Positions 9,238 through 18,324 of a stretch of DNA of 49,309 bases are shown here, one piece after another (positions within the stretch are counted from its first letter, which is position 1; every line of letters starts with the position of its first letter). The notes beneath the pieces are model-generated. The model saw only the letters and a list, made by a program, of their open reading frames with translations. It did not search any database and was not told where the DNA came from. The position numbers and the translations under genes are program-made. The DNA comes from Thermovirgaceae bacterium (GTDB lineage: Bacteria; Synergistota; Synergistia; Synergistales; Thermovirgaceae). The DNA is taken from assembly GCA_046542505.1 (NCBI GenBank), contig JBKHBH010000007.1, forward strand, positions 1 to 49,309, given 5' to 3'.

Positions 9238-10677
9238 ACCGTTTTTTTCTGCTGCTTCCGCAAAATCAACGATTTTCCCGGGATTGAGTATCATGTTGGG
9301 ATCGAAAACCCTCTTGATGCCCCGGATCAGTTCCATTTGGGGTTCGTCAAGAAACAGGTTCATATATTTCTTCCGCTTCAGGCCGATGCCGTGTTCTCCT
9401 GAAAGGGTCCCGCCAAGTTCCGCCGTCAGCCTGTAAAGGTCCAGCCGGGCAGATTCAATTGCCTCACGCCAGTCTTCACGGTCTTCCTCTGCAAGGATGT
9501 TCACATGCATGTTGCCATCCCCGACATGCCCGAAGTTCGCACTCTCAAGATCGTAAGAGGAACAGACACGACCGATGCCCTTCATAAGCTTCGGCACGGC
9601 ACTGGTTGGAACGACAAGATCTTCCTTGGCATATTTCGTGTAGAAGGCGATGACGGCCTCGGCGATATTTTTCCTGGCTTTCCAGAGCTGATCGCGGAAG
9701 TTCCTGTTGTCCGCCACAAACACCTCCAGGGCACCGCCTTCGAAACAGAGGTCTCCCACCTGCTCGTACTGGTCGGCCAGCACTTCGGCATCCCCGCCTT
9801 CGAGCTGCACGATCAGGTGCGCCCCGGCATCTGCAAAGGGGAGCGAGCTGCCGATATACCGGGAAACAAGCGAAAGGGATCTTTTGTCAATGAATTCCAA
9901 AGAGGAGGGGATCAAACCCGTCTCCCTGATGACCCGCGGGACAAAGGCAATTGCCTCGTCGACTCCGGGAAAGGGTACCAGCAGGTCGACCACGTGATCC
10001 AGGCGCGGGACGAGTTTTAGGATCACCTTCGTCACCACGGCCAGGGTCCCCTCGGATCCTGCAATGAGATGGACCAGGTCCAGTCCCGTCACGTCCTTCC
10101 GGCGTTTGCCGCCGAACCAGGACACCTTGCCTGACGGGAGAACTACCTCCAGGGCCAGGACGTTTGCACCAGTCGTTCCGTACTTGATGACCCTGTTTCC
10201 GCCGGCATTTTCAGCGACGTTTCCTCCGATAAAGGAGGCGTCCCCGCTGCAGGGATCTCCTGCATATTCCAGGCCGTGCCTGGCGGCTGAAGCCTGAATT
10301 TCCGCCGTCACGACACCTGGCTCCGCGGTAATCGTCAGGTTTTCGAGATCTATTTCAAGGATCCGGTTCATCCGGTCAAAAGCCATGATAATACCGCCAA
10401 AGGCCGGAACGGCACCTCCCGAAAGGCCTGTTCCCGCACCCCGAGGCGTCACAGGTATTTTCCGCTCGTTCGCGTAGGCGAGAACCGACGAGACATGTTC
10501 CGTGCTTTCCGGAAACACGACGACCTCGGCGCAGTAAGGCCTGTCCCAGAACTGAATCCCGACCTCGTCGCGCGAATAAGCCTGCCGTTTTTCCTCATCG
10601 GCGGAAACGCTGTGTGATCCGAGAAGCTCCTCGAGATGCCAAATATCTCGTTCCGTTACCGATGCATATTCCATCAT
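9223..10677 (-). CDS. FAD-linked 2-hydroxyacid dehydrogenase (GlcD/LctD, D-lactate dehydrogenase-like)
   Basis: PRGAGTGLSGG, IGGNVAENAGG, GSEGTLAVVT, GHVGDGNMH, SGEHGIG, FDPNMILNPGK; ATGA overlap with etfA. Confidence 0.9.
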   Translation of the reverse strand: MMEYASVTERDIWHLEELLGSHSVSADEEKRQAYSRDEVGIQFWDRPYCAEVVVFPESTEHVSSVLAYANERKIPVTPRGAGTGLSGGAVPAFGGIIMAFDRMNRILEIDLENLTITAEPGVVTAEIQASAARHGLEYAGDPCSGDASFIGGNVAENAGGNRVIKYGTTGANVLALEVVLPSGKVSWFGGKRRKDVTGLDLVHLIAGSEGTLAVVTKVILKLVPRLDHVVDLLVPFPGVDEAIAFVPRVIRETGLIPSSLEFIDKRSLSLVSRYIGSSLPFADAGAHLIVQLEGGDAEVLADQYEQVGDLCFEGGALEVFVADNRNFRDQLWKARKNIAEAVIAFYTKYAKEDLVVPTSAVPKLMKGIGRVCSSYDLESANFGHVGDGNMHVNILAEEDREDWREAIESARLDLYRLTAELGGTLSGEHGIGLKRKKYMNLFLDEPQMELIRGIKRVFDPNMILNPGKIVDFAEAAEKNGSTAP

Positions 10678-11690
10678 GCCCTGCAGTCCCCTTTCCTGGC
10701 TTTCAGGGCTTCGACAACCCTGGGGACAATATCGAAAAGATCCCCGCAGAGTCCAAGGTCGGCCACCCTGAAGATCGGGGCCTCGGGATCCTTGTTGATA
10801 GCTGCTATAAACTCTGCTGTCTGCATGCCGGCAAGGTGCTGGACGGAACCGGAAATCCCGATGGCCATGTAGACTTTAGGAGAGACCACCTTTCCGCTCA
10901 GCCCGACCTGATGAGGGTAGCCGATCCACCGGTTGTCGACGGCTGCACGGCTCGCCCCCACTCCGCCGTCCAGCAGCGACGCAAGTTCCAGGAGCATGTC
11001 GAAGTGCTCAGCTTTTTTCATGCCCTTCCCGCCGGAAACGATGACATCCTGATCCTGGATGTTTACATCCTTTTCGCCGGACATTTCGCGCCCAAGGGGT
11101 TCTATCCTGCTTTGAAAAACCCTTTCAGGAAGGTCTGCGCTCCTGATTTCCGTTCTCCGTGTCATGTCCGGTGCAGGCGCCGGGAACGTCTTTGGGCGTA
11201 CCGTCGCCATCTGCGGCCGGTGCTCGGGCGTTTTGATGGTGGCCATGATATTTCCCCCGATGGCCGGTCTCGTTTGAAGAAGCTGCCCCGTTTCCTCATC
11301 GATCTCGAGTCCAGTGCAATCCGCCGTCAATCCTGTTCTGACCCTGGCCGCCACGGCCGGCATAACGGTCCTCCCCGCCGTTGAGGCCGGCGAAAGGACA
11401 ACCCGGGGGGTTATGTCCCGTATGATTTGCTCCACGACACGCACCTGGATTTCCTGGTTGAAATCACCCAGTCTTTCATCTTCAGCACAGAGTACGATAT
11501 CCGCTCCGTATCCTCCAAGGGCTTCGGGGGCCAGGTCAAGTTCGGCGTACATCAGGAGCGTGACGACTTTTTCTCCCGTCACATCAGCGAGACTTCTTGC
11601 CTTCCCTGTCAGTTCGAGGGTCGAGCTGTGTACCTTTCCGTTTCTAACCTCGCCGACAACGAGGATGTCATGCGCTTCCGTCGCCGGCAT
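10674..11690 (-). CDS. etfA: electron transfer flavoprotein alpha subunit
   Basis: TGLTADCT, RPAIGGN, VGASRAAVD, QVGLSGK, GISGSVQH, AINKDPEAPIF; GGAGGTG RBS before ATG 11690. Confidence 0.93.
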   Translation of the reverse strand: MPATEAHDILVVGEVRNGKVHSSTLELTGKARSLADVTGEKVVTLLMYAELDLAPEALGGYGADIVLCAEDERLGDFNQEIQVRVVEQIIRDITPRVVLSPASTAGRTVMPAVAARVRTGLTADCTGLEIDEETGQLLQTRPAIGGNIMATIKTPEHRPQMATVRPKTFPAPAPDMTRRTEIRSADLPERVFQSRIEPLGREMSGEKDVNIQDQDVIVSGGKGMKKAEHFDMLLELASLLDGGVGASRAAVDNRWIGYPHQVGLSGKVVSPKVYMAIGISGSVQHLAGMQTAEFIAAINKDPEAPIFRVADLGLCGDLFDIVPRVVEALKARKGDCRA

Positions 11691-12492
11691 GGCTTTCACC
11701 TCCGGTCAAGACACCGCGTCTTTCCAGTTCGTCCACGAGATGCACGATGCCTCTGTCAAGGTCCTTTCCGCGGTAAAGCACCGGGGTTCTTTCCACCTGG
11801 GGATGGAAAATCCGCACCACCCTTGTCGGCGAGCCGGCAAGCCCGACTTCATCCGGATCGAGACCAAGATCTTCCAGGCCTCTTCTTCGCATTTGGATCC
11901 TTCGGCCTTTCTTCTTGCCCTCCAGGGTCGGCATGACAGGCTCGTTGAGGTCCCTCAGAACCGTCAACAGGCATGGCAGGGGCAAACGCTGCCTTTCGAC
12001 ACCTTCTTCAACGGTCCGGGAAACGATCACGCTGCCGTCCTCGTGAACCGCCAGACCACTCACGTAAGTACTGAAAGGAAGATCGAGCATGGCTGCCACT
12101 TCGGGCCCGACCTGGCCCGTTTCCCCGTCAGTGGCCTTTTCACCGGCCAAAATCAGGTCAAAGGGACCGTATTTCCTTATGGCCGCGACAAGGGTTACGG
12201 CGGTGGCCCAGGTATCGGCCGCCGCAAAGCGCGGATCACTTAATAAAAGCACTTCGTCGGCTCCCAACGCGACAGCCTCCCGGAGCGCCTTTTCCGTCTG
12301 TGGAGGCCCCATGGAAATGGCGGTAACACTCCCGCTTCCGCCTGCCCTTAAATCCAGCGCCGCCTCAAGAGCATTCAAATCCAGTGGGTTGATGATCGTT
12401 CCTGTCCCTTCGCGGATCATGGTGCCCTTTTCCTCGTCCATGCGGACTTCATCAGTATCGGGAACCTGCTTGAGCAAAACGGCGATATGCAT
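11668..12492 (-). CDS. etfB: electron transfer flavoprotein beta subunit
   Basis: MHIAVLLKQVPDT, INPLDLNALE, SMGPP, ADTWATA, GEKATDGETGQVG, GLAGSPTRV. Confidence 0.93.
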   Translation of the reverse strand: MHIAVLLKQVPDTDEVRMDEEKGTMIREGTGTIINPLDLNALEAALDLRAGGSGSVTAISMGPPQTEKALREAVALGADEVLLLSDPRFAAADTWATAVTLVAAIRKYGPFDLILAGEKATDGETGQVGPEVAAMLDLPFSTYVSGLAVHEDGSVIVSRTVEEGVERQRLPLPCLLTVLRDLNEPVMPTLEGKKKGRRIQMRRRGLEDLGLDPDEVGLAGSPTRVVRIFHPQVERTPVLYRGKDLDRGIVHLVDELERRGVLTGGESHAGDGSA

Positions 12493-12663
12493 CGAATCAC
12501 GTCCATCTTGGCGGAGATTTTGAAGCTCTGCAGTACACGGGGATAGCCCTGACACATCCTGGCACACAGTATAGACCATTTGTACATTCTTCATCGAGAA
12601 CCTGTGGGAGTCCGCCATACATGCTTCCACGGCCACCTGACTCCATGACTTCAGACGTTTGCC

Positions 12664-12692
12664 TTGACAATCAGGTTTCATGAGGGTATTAT
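12664..12692 (+). promoter_or_regulatory. sigma70-type promoter of the leader/symporter transcript
   Basis: TTGACA-N17-TATTAT. Confidence 0.75.
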
Positions 12693-12721
12693 TCGCCGAA
12701 ACATCTTCTTGGGAGGAAACC

Positions 12722-12841
12722 ATGGCGTTCAGGTCCTTCGGTCCCGGTTTTGCAGGCAGTCTCTATCGATATTATTATGCCTATCACGGACCCGTTACGA
12801 TCCGGACCGGGACATGTCGGCCATGGGAAAACGCAAGGTAA
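12722..12841 (+). CDS. Tyr/Phe-rich attenuator leader peptide (39 aa)
   Basis: GGGAGG RBS; MAFRSFGPGFAGSLYRYYYAYHGPVTIRTGTCRPWENAR*; five TAT codons within seven codons; terminator begins about 27 nt after the stop. Confidence 0.72.
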   Translation: MAFRSFGPGFAGSLYRYYYAYHGPVTIRTGTCRPWENAR

Positions 12842-12868
12842 CACGCTGAAAGCACCGTGAGCACACGC

Positions 12869-12905
12869 AAAAGGCCGCCGACCCGCCGGGTTGGCGGCCT
12901 TTTTT
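12869..12905 (+). terminator. attenuator-type intrinsic terminator in the 5' leader
   Basis: AAAAGGCCGCCGACCC-GCC-GGGTTGGCGGCC-TTTTTT directly upstream of the next RBS. Confidence 0.85.
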
Positions 12906-12926
12906 ATTCTTTGGGAGGTGTCGGAG

Positions 12927-13031
12927 ATGGAGAATATGGATTTCTGGGTAACGGTGGCCTTGTCTTCGCTTCTTCTCGGCGGTGTCTGGTCCCTCTGGCG
13001 ACTGGTCCACGAACGGAGGCGGCAATCATGA
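12927..13031 (+). CDS. small single-TM symporter accessory protein (34 aa)
   Basis: GGAGGTG RBS; MENMDFWVTVALSSLLLGGVWSLWRLVHERRRQS*; its TGA overlaps the symporter ATG (ATGA). Confidence 0.7.
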   Translation: MENMDFWVTVALSSLLLGGVWSLWRLVHERRRQS

Positions 13032-14482
13032 CGATTTTCCTTGTCTGGTTTCTGTATGGCGCGGCTCTTGTGGCTCTCGCTCGATGGTCGCGGGGCAGGG
13101 ATGTTCTGCTCCCGGGGAAGGTCGGGGTCCTGATCCAGGCGCTGGCATACGTGGCGACCTACGTTTCGGCCGTCGCCCTTGTCGGGTTCGCAGGACTCTG
13201 TCACAAGTGGGGGCTCCAGATGACCCTTGTTGCAGCCGGGAACATGTGGCTCGGAACCTGGTTCGTCTACCGCTTCCTGGCCTGGCCGACACGCCTGTGG
13301 CAGCGAAAGCTCAACGCGAAAACACCAGCCGAAATGCTGGGAAAGGCCGCGAAATCTCCCGCCCTGAAATCCTACCTGGGTCTTTTGTCCGGGCTACTCC
13401 TCATCGTTTATGCTTCGGCGGTCTTCAAGGGCGCAGCAATCATGCTCTCCGGGGCTACGGGACTTTCACAGAACGCCTGCCTCTGGCTTCTGGTTGGACT
13501 CGTCGCGGCAAGCGTTTCCTGGGGCGGGCTCAGGGGCGTGCTTTTCACTGAAGCCTTCCAGGGAGGCATCATGGTGCTGGGCGTTCTCGCTCTTGTTTTC
13601 GCCATCCTCAGGGCCGTCGGAGGACCTCTGGAGGGCTTGTCGGCACTTGCCGCCCTCGAACCGACCGCCCAGGCGGACAGGGGGTTTCTGGCACTCAGTT
13701 CCGGCCAGGGCGGCCTTTTTATTTTTTCTCTCGTGGCCGTCACGTCCATCGGGGTCTGGGCACAGCCACAGCTCGTCCAACGACATTTCGCGCTCAAAAG
13801 CCCCACCGAAGCCCGAAAAGTTATCCCCTTCGCCATGCTGGCCATCGCCATCGTCGTCGGCGGCGCCTACTTCTCCGGTGCTCTCTCCCGCCTTGTCATA
13901 GGGCCTGACGTGGAATCCGTCGACTCTGTACTTCCGATTCTGATCCGGCGCCTCCTTCCCGAGGCGGGGACACAGCTTTTCGCCCTGGCCATCATCTCGG
14001 CGTCGCTTTCAACGGCTTCGGCGCTGCTTCATATCGTTGCCGCGTCCCTGACCAACGACGTTTTCGGAAAAAGCCCCAGGCGAAAGACCTGGATGGTCAT
14101 CGTACCCCTCTGTGCCGCCGCAAGCGGGCTTTTCGCCATGAAAAATTCCCAGATTATCGCCATGATCTGCACAACCAGCTGGACGGTGCTGGCAGCAGCC
14201 ATCCTCGTCCCTTATCTGACTCTCCTTGCCATGGGAGACCGTTTCGGCAAGGTGGTCTTCTGGGCATCATCCCTTTCGGGTCTTGTTGCGGCCCTCGGCT
14301 GGTTTGCGGCCGGATACGCCCCCACATCAACGGGGATACTTCACATGTCCGCCCCGGGATTGATGGGGACGATCCATCCGTTTTTCGTTTCCATTCCTGT
14401 ATCCCTTGCCGTCATGGTGGTGTCGGCAGTTGTTTCGACAATTCTCGAACCGCGGGTCTCCGCTGTCATACCTGAAGAGTAA
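13028..14482 (+). CDS. sodium:solute symporter (SSS, PutP/PanF family), possibly for aromatic amino acids
   Basis: ATYVSAVALVGFAG, GGLRGVLFTEAFQG, AQPQLVQRHF, ISASLSTAS; many TM helices; start taken at the ATGA overlap. Confidence 0.9.
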   Translation: MTIFLVWFLYGAALVALARWSRGRDVLLPGKVGVLIQALAYVATYVSAVALVGFAGLCHKWGLQMTLVAAGNMWLGTWFVYRFLAWPTRLWQRKLNAKTPAEMLGKAAKSPALKSYLGLLSGLLLIVYASAVFKGAAIMLSGATGLSQNACLWLLVGLVAASVSWGGLRGVLFTEAFQGGIMVLGVLALVFAILRAVGGPLEGLSALAALEPTAQADRGFLALSSGQGGLFIFSLVAVTSIGVWAQPQLVQRHFALKSPTEARKVIPFAMLAIAIVVGGAYFSGALSRLVIGPDVESVDSVLPILIRRLLPEAGTQLFALAIISASLSTASALLHIVAASLTNDVFGKSPRRKTWMVIVPLCAAASGLFAMKNSQIIAMICTTSWTVLAAAILVPYLTLLAMGDRFGKVVFWASSLSGLVAALGWFAAGYAPTSTGILHMSAPGLMGTIHPFFVSIPVSLAVMVVSAVVSTILEPRVSAVIPEE

Positions 14483-14524
14483 GACGAAAGGCGGGCCGTG
14501 ACGGCCCGCCTTTCGTCCTTTTTT
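14483..14524. terminator. terminator between convergent symporter and clpB
   Basis: GACGAAAGGCGGGCC-GTGAC-GGCCCGCCTTTCGTC followed by a T-run. Confidence 0.75.
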
Positions 14525-14533
14525 CAGGGCACT

Positions 14534-17152
14534 TTATGTGACTTTTTTGTCTGATCGGATCTGAATCCCTTCCGGTCCTGCATCAACGATAACTCTCGAA
14601 CCTTCACCTACAGACCGGGCGATCAGGAAACGGGCGATAGGCGTTTCCACTTCCCGTGCAATGAACCGTTTCAAGGGCCGGGCACCGTAAACCGGGTCAT
14701 ACCCTTCCGTGGAGATAAAGGCCTTCGCCTCTTCGGTGATTTCGAACCCGATTCCCTGCTGCAGGAGCCTGTTTTCCAGGTCCGTCGTCATGAGGCCCAC
14801 GATCTGCTTGATCTCTCCCTTTTGCAGGGGTTTGAAGAGCACCACGTCGTCCACCCTGTTGAGGAACTCAGGACGGAAATGCCCGCGAAGCTGCGACAGC
14901 ACCGAATTTCTCGCCTCCGGTGCAATTTCCCCATCTTCCGTGATGCCTTCCATCAATGTCGTCGCCCCGATGTTGCTGGTCATGATGACGATGGTATTCC
15001 GGAAATCCACGGTCCTCCCGTGGCTGTCGGTCAACCTGCCGTCATCCAGGATCTGGAGCAGGATATTGAACACATCATGATGGGCTTTCTCTATTTCGTC
15101 GAAAAGGATCACTGAATAAGGCTTCCGCCTGACGCGCTCTGTCAGTTGTCCTCCTTCTTCATATCCAACGTAGCCGGGCGGAGCGCCGATGAGTCTCGCC
15201 ACAGCGTGACGTTCCATGTATTCCGACATGTCGATCCGGATCATGTTTTCCTCCGTATCGAAAAGGGCCTCCGCAAGAGCACGGGCGAGTTCCGTCTTCC
15301 CGACGCCTGTGGGGCCGAGAAAAATGAAGGAGCCGATGGGACGCCTGGGGTCCTTTATGCCTGAGCGGGCCCGCAGGACGGCGTCGGAGACGAGTTCCAC
15401 GGCTTCGTCCTGCCCGACGACCCTACGATGCAGCACTTCGTCGAGTTTGAGGAGTTTTTCCCGCTCGCCCTCGAGGAGCCTTGAAACAGGGATTCCGGTC
15501 CATCTCGAAACGATTTGCGAAATCTCCTCTTCGGTGACTTCTTCACGGAGAAGCCTTGTTTCCCCGTGAATTTCAGAGATATGTTCCTCGGCCTCATGAA
15601 GCTGCTTTTCAAGTTCGGGGAGCCTGCCGTGCTTGAGTTCCGCCGCCTTGTTCAGGTCGTAGTCCCGTTCGGCCTTGTCGATCCGGTCCTTGACGTTTCC
15701 GATCTCCTCGCGAAGCTTTTGCACGAAGGTTATGGCCTCTTTTTCGGATTCGTACTGGGCCCTCAGCGTATCGACACGTTCCCTGGCCTCCTGGAGCTCC
15801 CTTTTGAGGGCTTCGAGCCGGTCCCTGCTCGCCTTGTCGGTCTCCTTCTCCAGGGCGGCCTCTTCGATTTCCAGCTGCATGACCCGTCTTGACGCGTCGT
15901 CCAGTTCACTGGGCATGGAGTCTATTTCGGTCCGGATCATGGCACATGCCTCGTCGACAAGGTCAATGGCCTTGTCGGGGAGAAACCGGTCCGTTATGTA
16001 CCGGTTCGACAGTACCGCCGCGGCGACAAGGGCGTTGTCCTGGATTCGGACCCCGTGGTGCACCTCGAAGCGTTCTCTCAGTCCCCTCAGAATGGAAACG
16101 GTATCCTCCACGCCAGGCTGGTCAACCTGGACGGGCTGGAACCGCCTCTCCAGCGCCGCGTCTTTCTCGATATTCTTCCGGTATTCATCCAGTGTCGTGG
16201 CGCCGATGCAGTGCAATTCCCCCCTGGCGAGCATGGGTTTGAGCATGTTCCCGGCATCTATGGCCCCTTCGGCCTTTCCTGTACCCACGATGGTGTGAAG
16301 TTCATCGATAAATAAAAGGACGCGGCCATCGCTTTCTTTCACCTCGTTCAGTACGGCCTTGAGCCGTTCCTCAAACTCGCCGCGGTATTTGGCTCCAGCG
16401 AGCAGGGATCCCATATCAAGGGCTACAATCCTGCGATCTTTCAGCCCTTCAGGCACATCACCCCGGACGATCCGCTGGGCGAGCCCTTCCACGATGGCTG
16501 TCTTTCCGACACCGGGTTCGCCGATCAAAACGGGGTTGTTTTTCGTCCTGCGACTTAAAATCCTGATCACCCGCCGCACTTCCTCGTCCCTGCCGATGAC
16601 CGGGTCCAGCCTTCCTGTGCGCGCCAGGGCAACCAGGTCGCGGCCGTAACGCTCCAGGGCTTCGTAGGTACTTTCCGGGTCAGCGCTCTGGACCCGCTGC
16701 CGTCCCCGTATATCCTGCAAGGCCTTTAGGAAGCCGTCCTTGGTGACGCCGAATTCCGCCAGGAGCCTTCCCGAGGCTGCCGCCTTGCCTTCATCGATGA
16801 GAGCCGCGAAAAAATGTTCCACAGAAACGTATTCATCCTTCAGGCGTCTGGCGCTTTCCTCGGCCTCCAGGAGAATCTTTGAAAGGCGGCCGGAAACGTA
16901 CATCTTGCCCGGTTCCACTCCGGGGCCCCTGACGCTTGAGCGTTTATCCAGCTCTCTGTTCGTCGCATCTTTCAGGGCTCCGGCGGATACATCCATTTTC
17001 GCAAGAATCCTGGGTATCAAGCCGTTTTCCTGGTTCAAAAGCGCTACCAGGAGATGTTCGTTGTCCGCTTCCTGGTGGCCCCGCCTGAGAGCCTCTTTCT
17101 GGGCATCCGACAGGGCTTCCCGGGAGCGCTGTGTCAGTCTGTTCATGTCCAT
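14534..17152 (-). CDS. clpB: ATP-dependent disaggregase ClpB
   Basis: Clp-N repeats, GEPGVGKT and GPTGVGKT Walker A motifs, coiled-coil M-domain, [13 protein letters not shown]; start 17152 fits RBS spacing (17161 alternative). Confidence 0.96.
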   Translation of the reverse strand: MDMNRLTQRSREALSDAQKEALRRGHQEADNEHLLVALLNQENGLIPRILAKMDVSAGALKDATNRELDKRSSVRGPGVEPGKMYVSGRLSKILLEAEESARRLKDEYVSVEHFFAALIDEGKAAASGRLLAEFGVTKDGFLKALQDIRGRQRVQSADPESTYEALERYGRDLVALARTGRLDPVIGRDEEVRRVIRILSRRTKNNPVLIGEPGVGKTAIVEGLAQRIVRGDVPEGLKDRRIVALDMGSLLAGAKYRGEFEERLKAVLNEVKESDGRVLLFIDELHTIVGTGKAEGAIDAGNMLKPMLARGELHCIGATTLDEYRKNIEKDAALERRFQPVQVDQPGVEDTVSILRGLRERFEVHHGVRIQDNALVAAAVLSNRYITDRFLPDKAIDLVDEACAMIRTEIDSMPSELDDASRRVMQLEIEEAALEKETDKASRDRLEALKRELQEARERVDTLRAQYESEKEAITFVQKLREEIGNVKDRIDKAERDYDLNKAAELKHGRLPELEKQLHEAEEHISEIHGETRLLREEVTEEEISQIVSRWTGIPVSRLLEGEREKLLKLDEVLHRRVVGQDEAVELVSDAVLRARSGIKDPRRPIGSFIFLGPTGVGKTELARALAEALFDTEENMIRIDMSEYMERHAVARLIGAPPGYVGYEEGGQLTERVRRKPYSVILFDEIEKAHHDVFNILLQILDDGRLTDSHGRTVDFRNTIVIMTSNIGATTLMEGITEDGEIAPEARNSVLSQLRGHFRPEFLNRVDDVVLFKPLQKGEIKQIVGLMTTDLENRLLQQGIGFEITEEAKAFISTEGYDPVYGARPLKRFIAREVETPIARFLIARSVGEGSRVIVDAGPEGIQIRSDKKVT

Positions 17153-17170
17153 GGAACTCATCCTCCTCTA

Positions 17171-18184
17171 TCAGCAGCCTTTTGAGGAACTCCTCGGGTC
17201 AAAACCCGATTTTTCAGCAAGCTCACGAAAAAGGCGTCTTTCCTCCTCACCGGGGTTTTTAGGAACGACGATGCGCACGGTAACCAGCATGTCCCCGGTC
17301 CCGCCGTCGCGCCTGGGCAAACCCTTGCCCTTGAGTCGGAGCGTCTGTCCGCTTTGGGTTCCCGGCGGCACCCTGAGGGTTACCTTTCCTGTAGGGGCGT
17401 CCACAGGCACTAAGCCGCCAAGAGCCGCCTCCCATGGCGAGATATCGAGATCTTTCAGGATATTGTACCCGTCCACCCTGAAGCCCCGTTCGGGGCGCAG
17501 CCGGACCTTCAGGTAGAGATCTCCCGTGGGCCCGCCTCCGGCGGCTTTTCCTCCCTGGCCGGCGAGCCTGATGCGGGAACCGTCGGTCAAGCCCTTCGGG
17601 ATGCTTACCTCGAGGTTTTTCTGCCGTCCTCCAGCATCAAGAGTGATACGTTTTTTTCCTCCCGAAAGGATATCCTGCAGGGAAAGCTCCAGGACGGCTT
17701 CGTGGTCAGGACCTTTCGCAGAAGAGCGCCCTCTGCGACCGAACCCGGCCTCGAAGACATCCTGTCCCTGCCCGAACCGGCCCTGTTCGAATCCGGAATC
17801 GAAAACATCCTGACCGTTCGCCTGCCTGAAGAGGTCGGAACCACCGAAAAAGGCCTCGAAAAAGTCGCTGAAAATGCTTCCGCCGCTTCCGCTGTATCGG
17901 CGACGTTTTCCCGCCTGTTCGAATATGGTCTCCCACCCGGGCGGCGGGGTAAATTCCTGGCCGTTCCCCCAGCTCGAACCGAGTGCATCATATTTCTTTC
18001 GTTTCTCGGGATCACGGAGGACCTCGTAGGCTTCGGTGGCCTCCTTGAATTTTTCGGCCGCTTCCGTAGCCGTGTTGGCATCAGGATGGTATTTTTTCGC
18101 AAGCTTCCGGTAGGCCTTGTGGATCTCTTCCTGGGAGGCCTTCCTGTCCACACCGAGAATCTTGTAATAATCCTTGTACTGCAT
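17171..18184 (-). CDS. dnaJ: class II J-domain co-chaperone (DnaJ/CbpA-like, no zinc finger)
   Basis: KDYYKILGV...YHPD J-domain, G/F-rich linker, DnaJ C-terminal domain (PWEAALG), no CxxCxGxG repeats. Confidence 0.9.
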   Translation of the reverse strand: MQYKDYYKILGVDRKASQEEIHKAYRKLAKKYHPDANTATEAAEKFKEATEAYEVLRDPEKRKKYDALGSSWGNGQEFTPPPGWETIFEQAGKRRRYSGSGGSIFSDFFEAFFGGSDLFRQANGQDVFDSGFEQGRFGQGQDVFEAGFGRRGRSSAKGPDHEAVLELSLQDILSGGKKRITLDAGGRQKNLEVSIPKGLTDGSRIRLAGQGGKAAGGGPTGDLYLKVRLRPERGFRVDGYNILKDLDISPWEAALGGLVPVDAPTGKVTLRVPPGTQSGQTLRLKGKGLPRRDGGTGDMLVTVRIVVPKNPGEEERRLFRELAEKSGFDPRSSSKGC

Positions 18185-18324
18185 GGCATTTCCTCCGTTT
18201 AGCCCGTCTTTTCGCCAACCCTTCCTTTGATAATGCCGGAGGCCCCCCGTGCTGCAAACGTCCCGTGGGGGGCCTCGAAGGGAAGATTTATCCGTTTTGC
18301 GTCACCGGCAGCCCGTCACGTGCC

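Noticed and set aside
10674..10685. EtfA ends C-R-A-TGA, a possible CxxU
   Set aside because: The TGA is part of an ATGA translational-coupling overlap with the next gene, and no SECIS-like hairpin was seen
12830..12870. T-box leader (GGTAACACG) upstream of the symporter
   Set aside because: Lacks the UGGN antiterminator bulge and stem I motifs; the Tyr leader peptide explains the terminator better
17168..17179. J protein ends G-C-TGA-TAG, a possible C-terminal GCU
   Set aside because: More simply a tandem stop overlapping the clpB RBS; no convincing hairpin; Sec is not expected in this family
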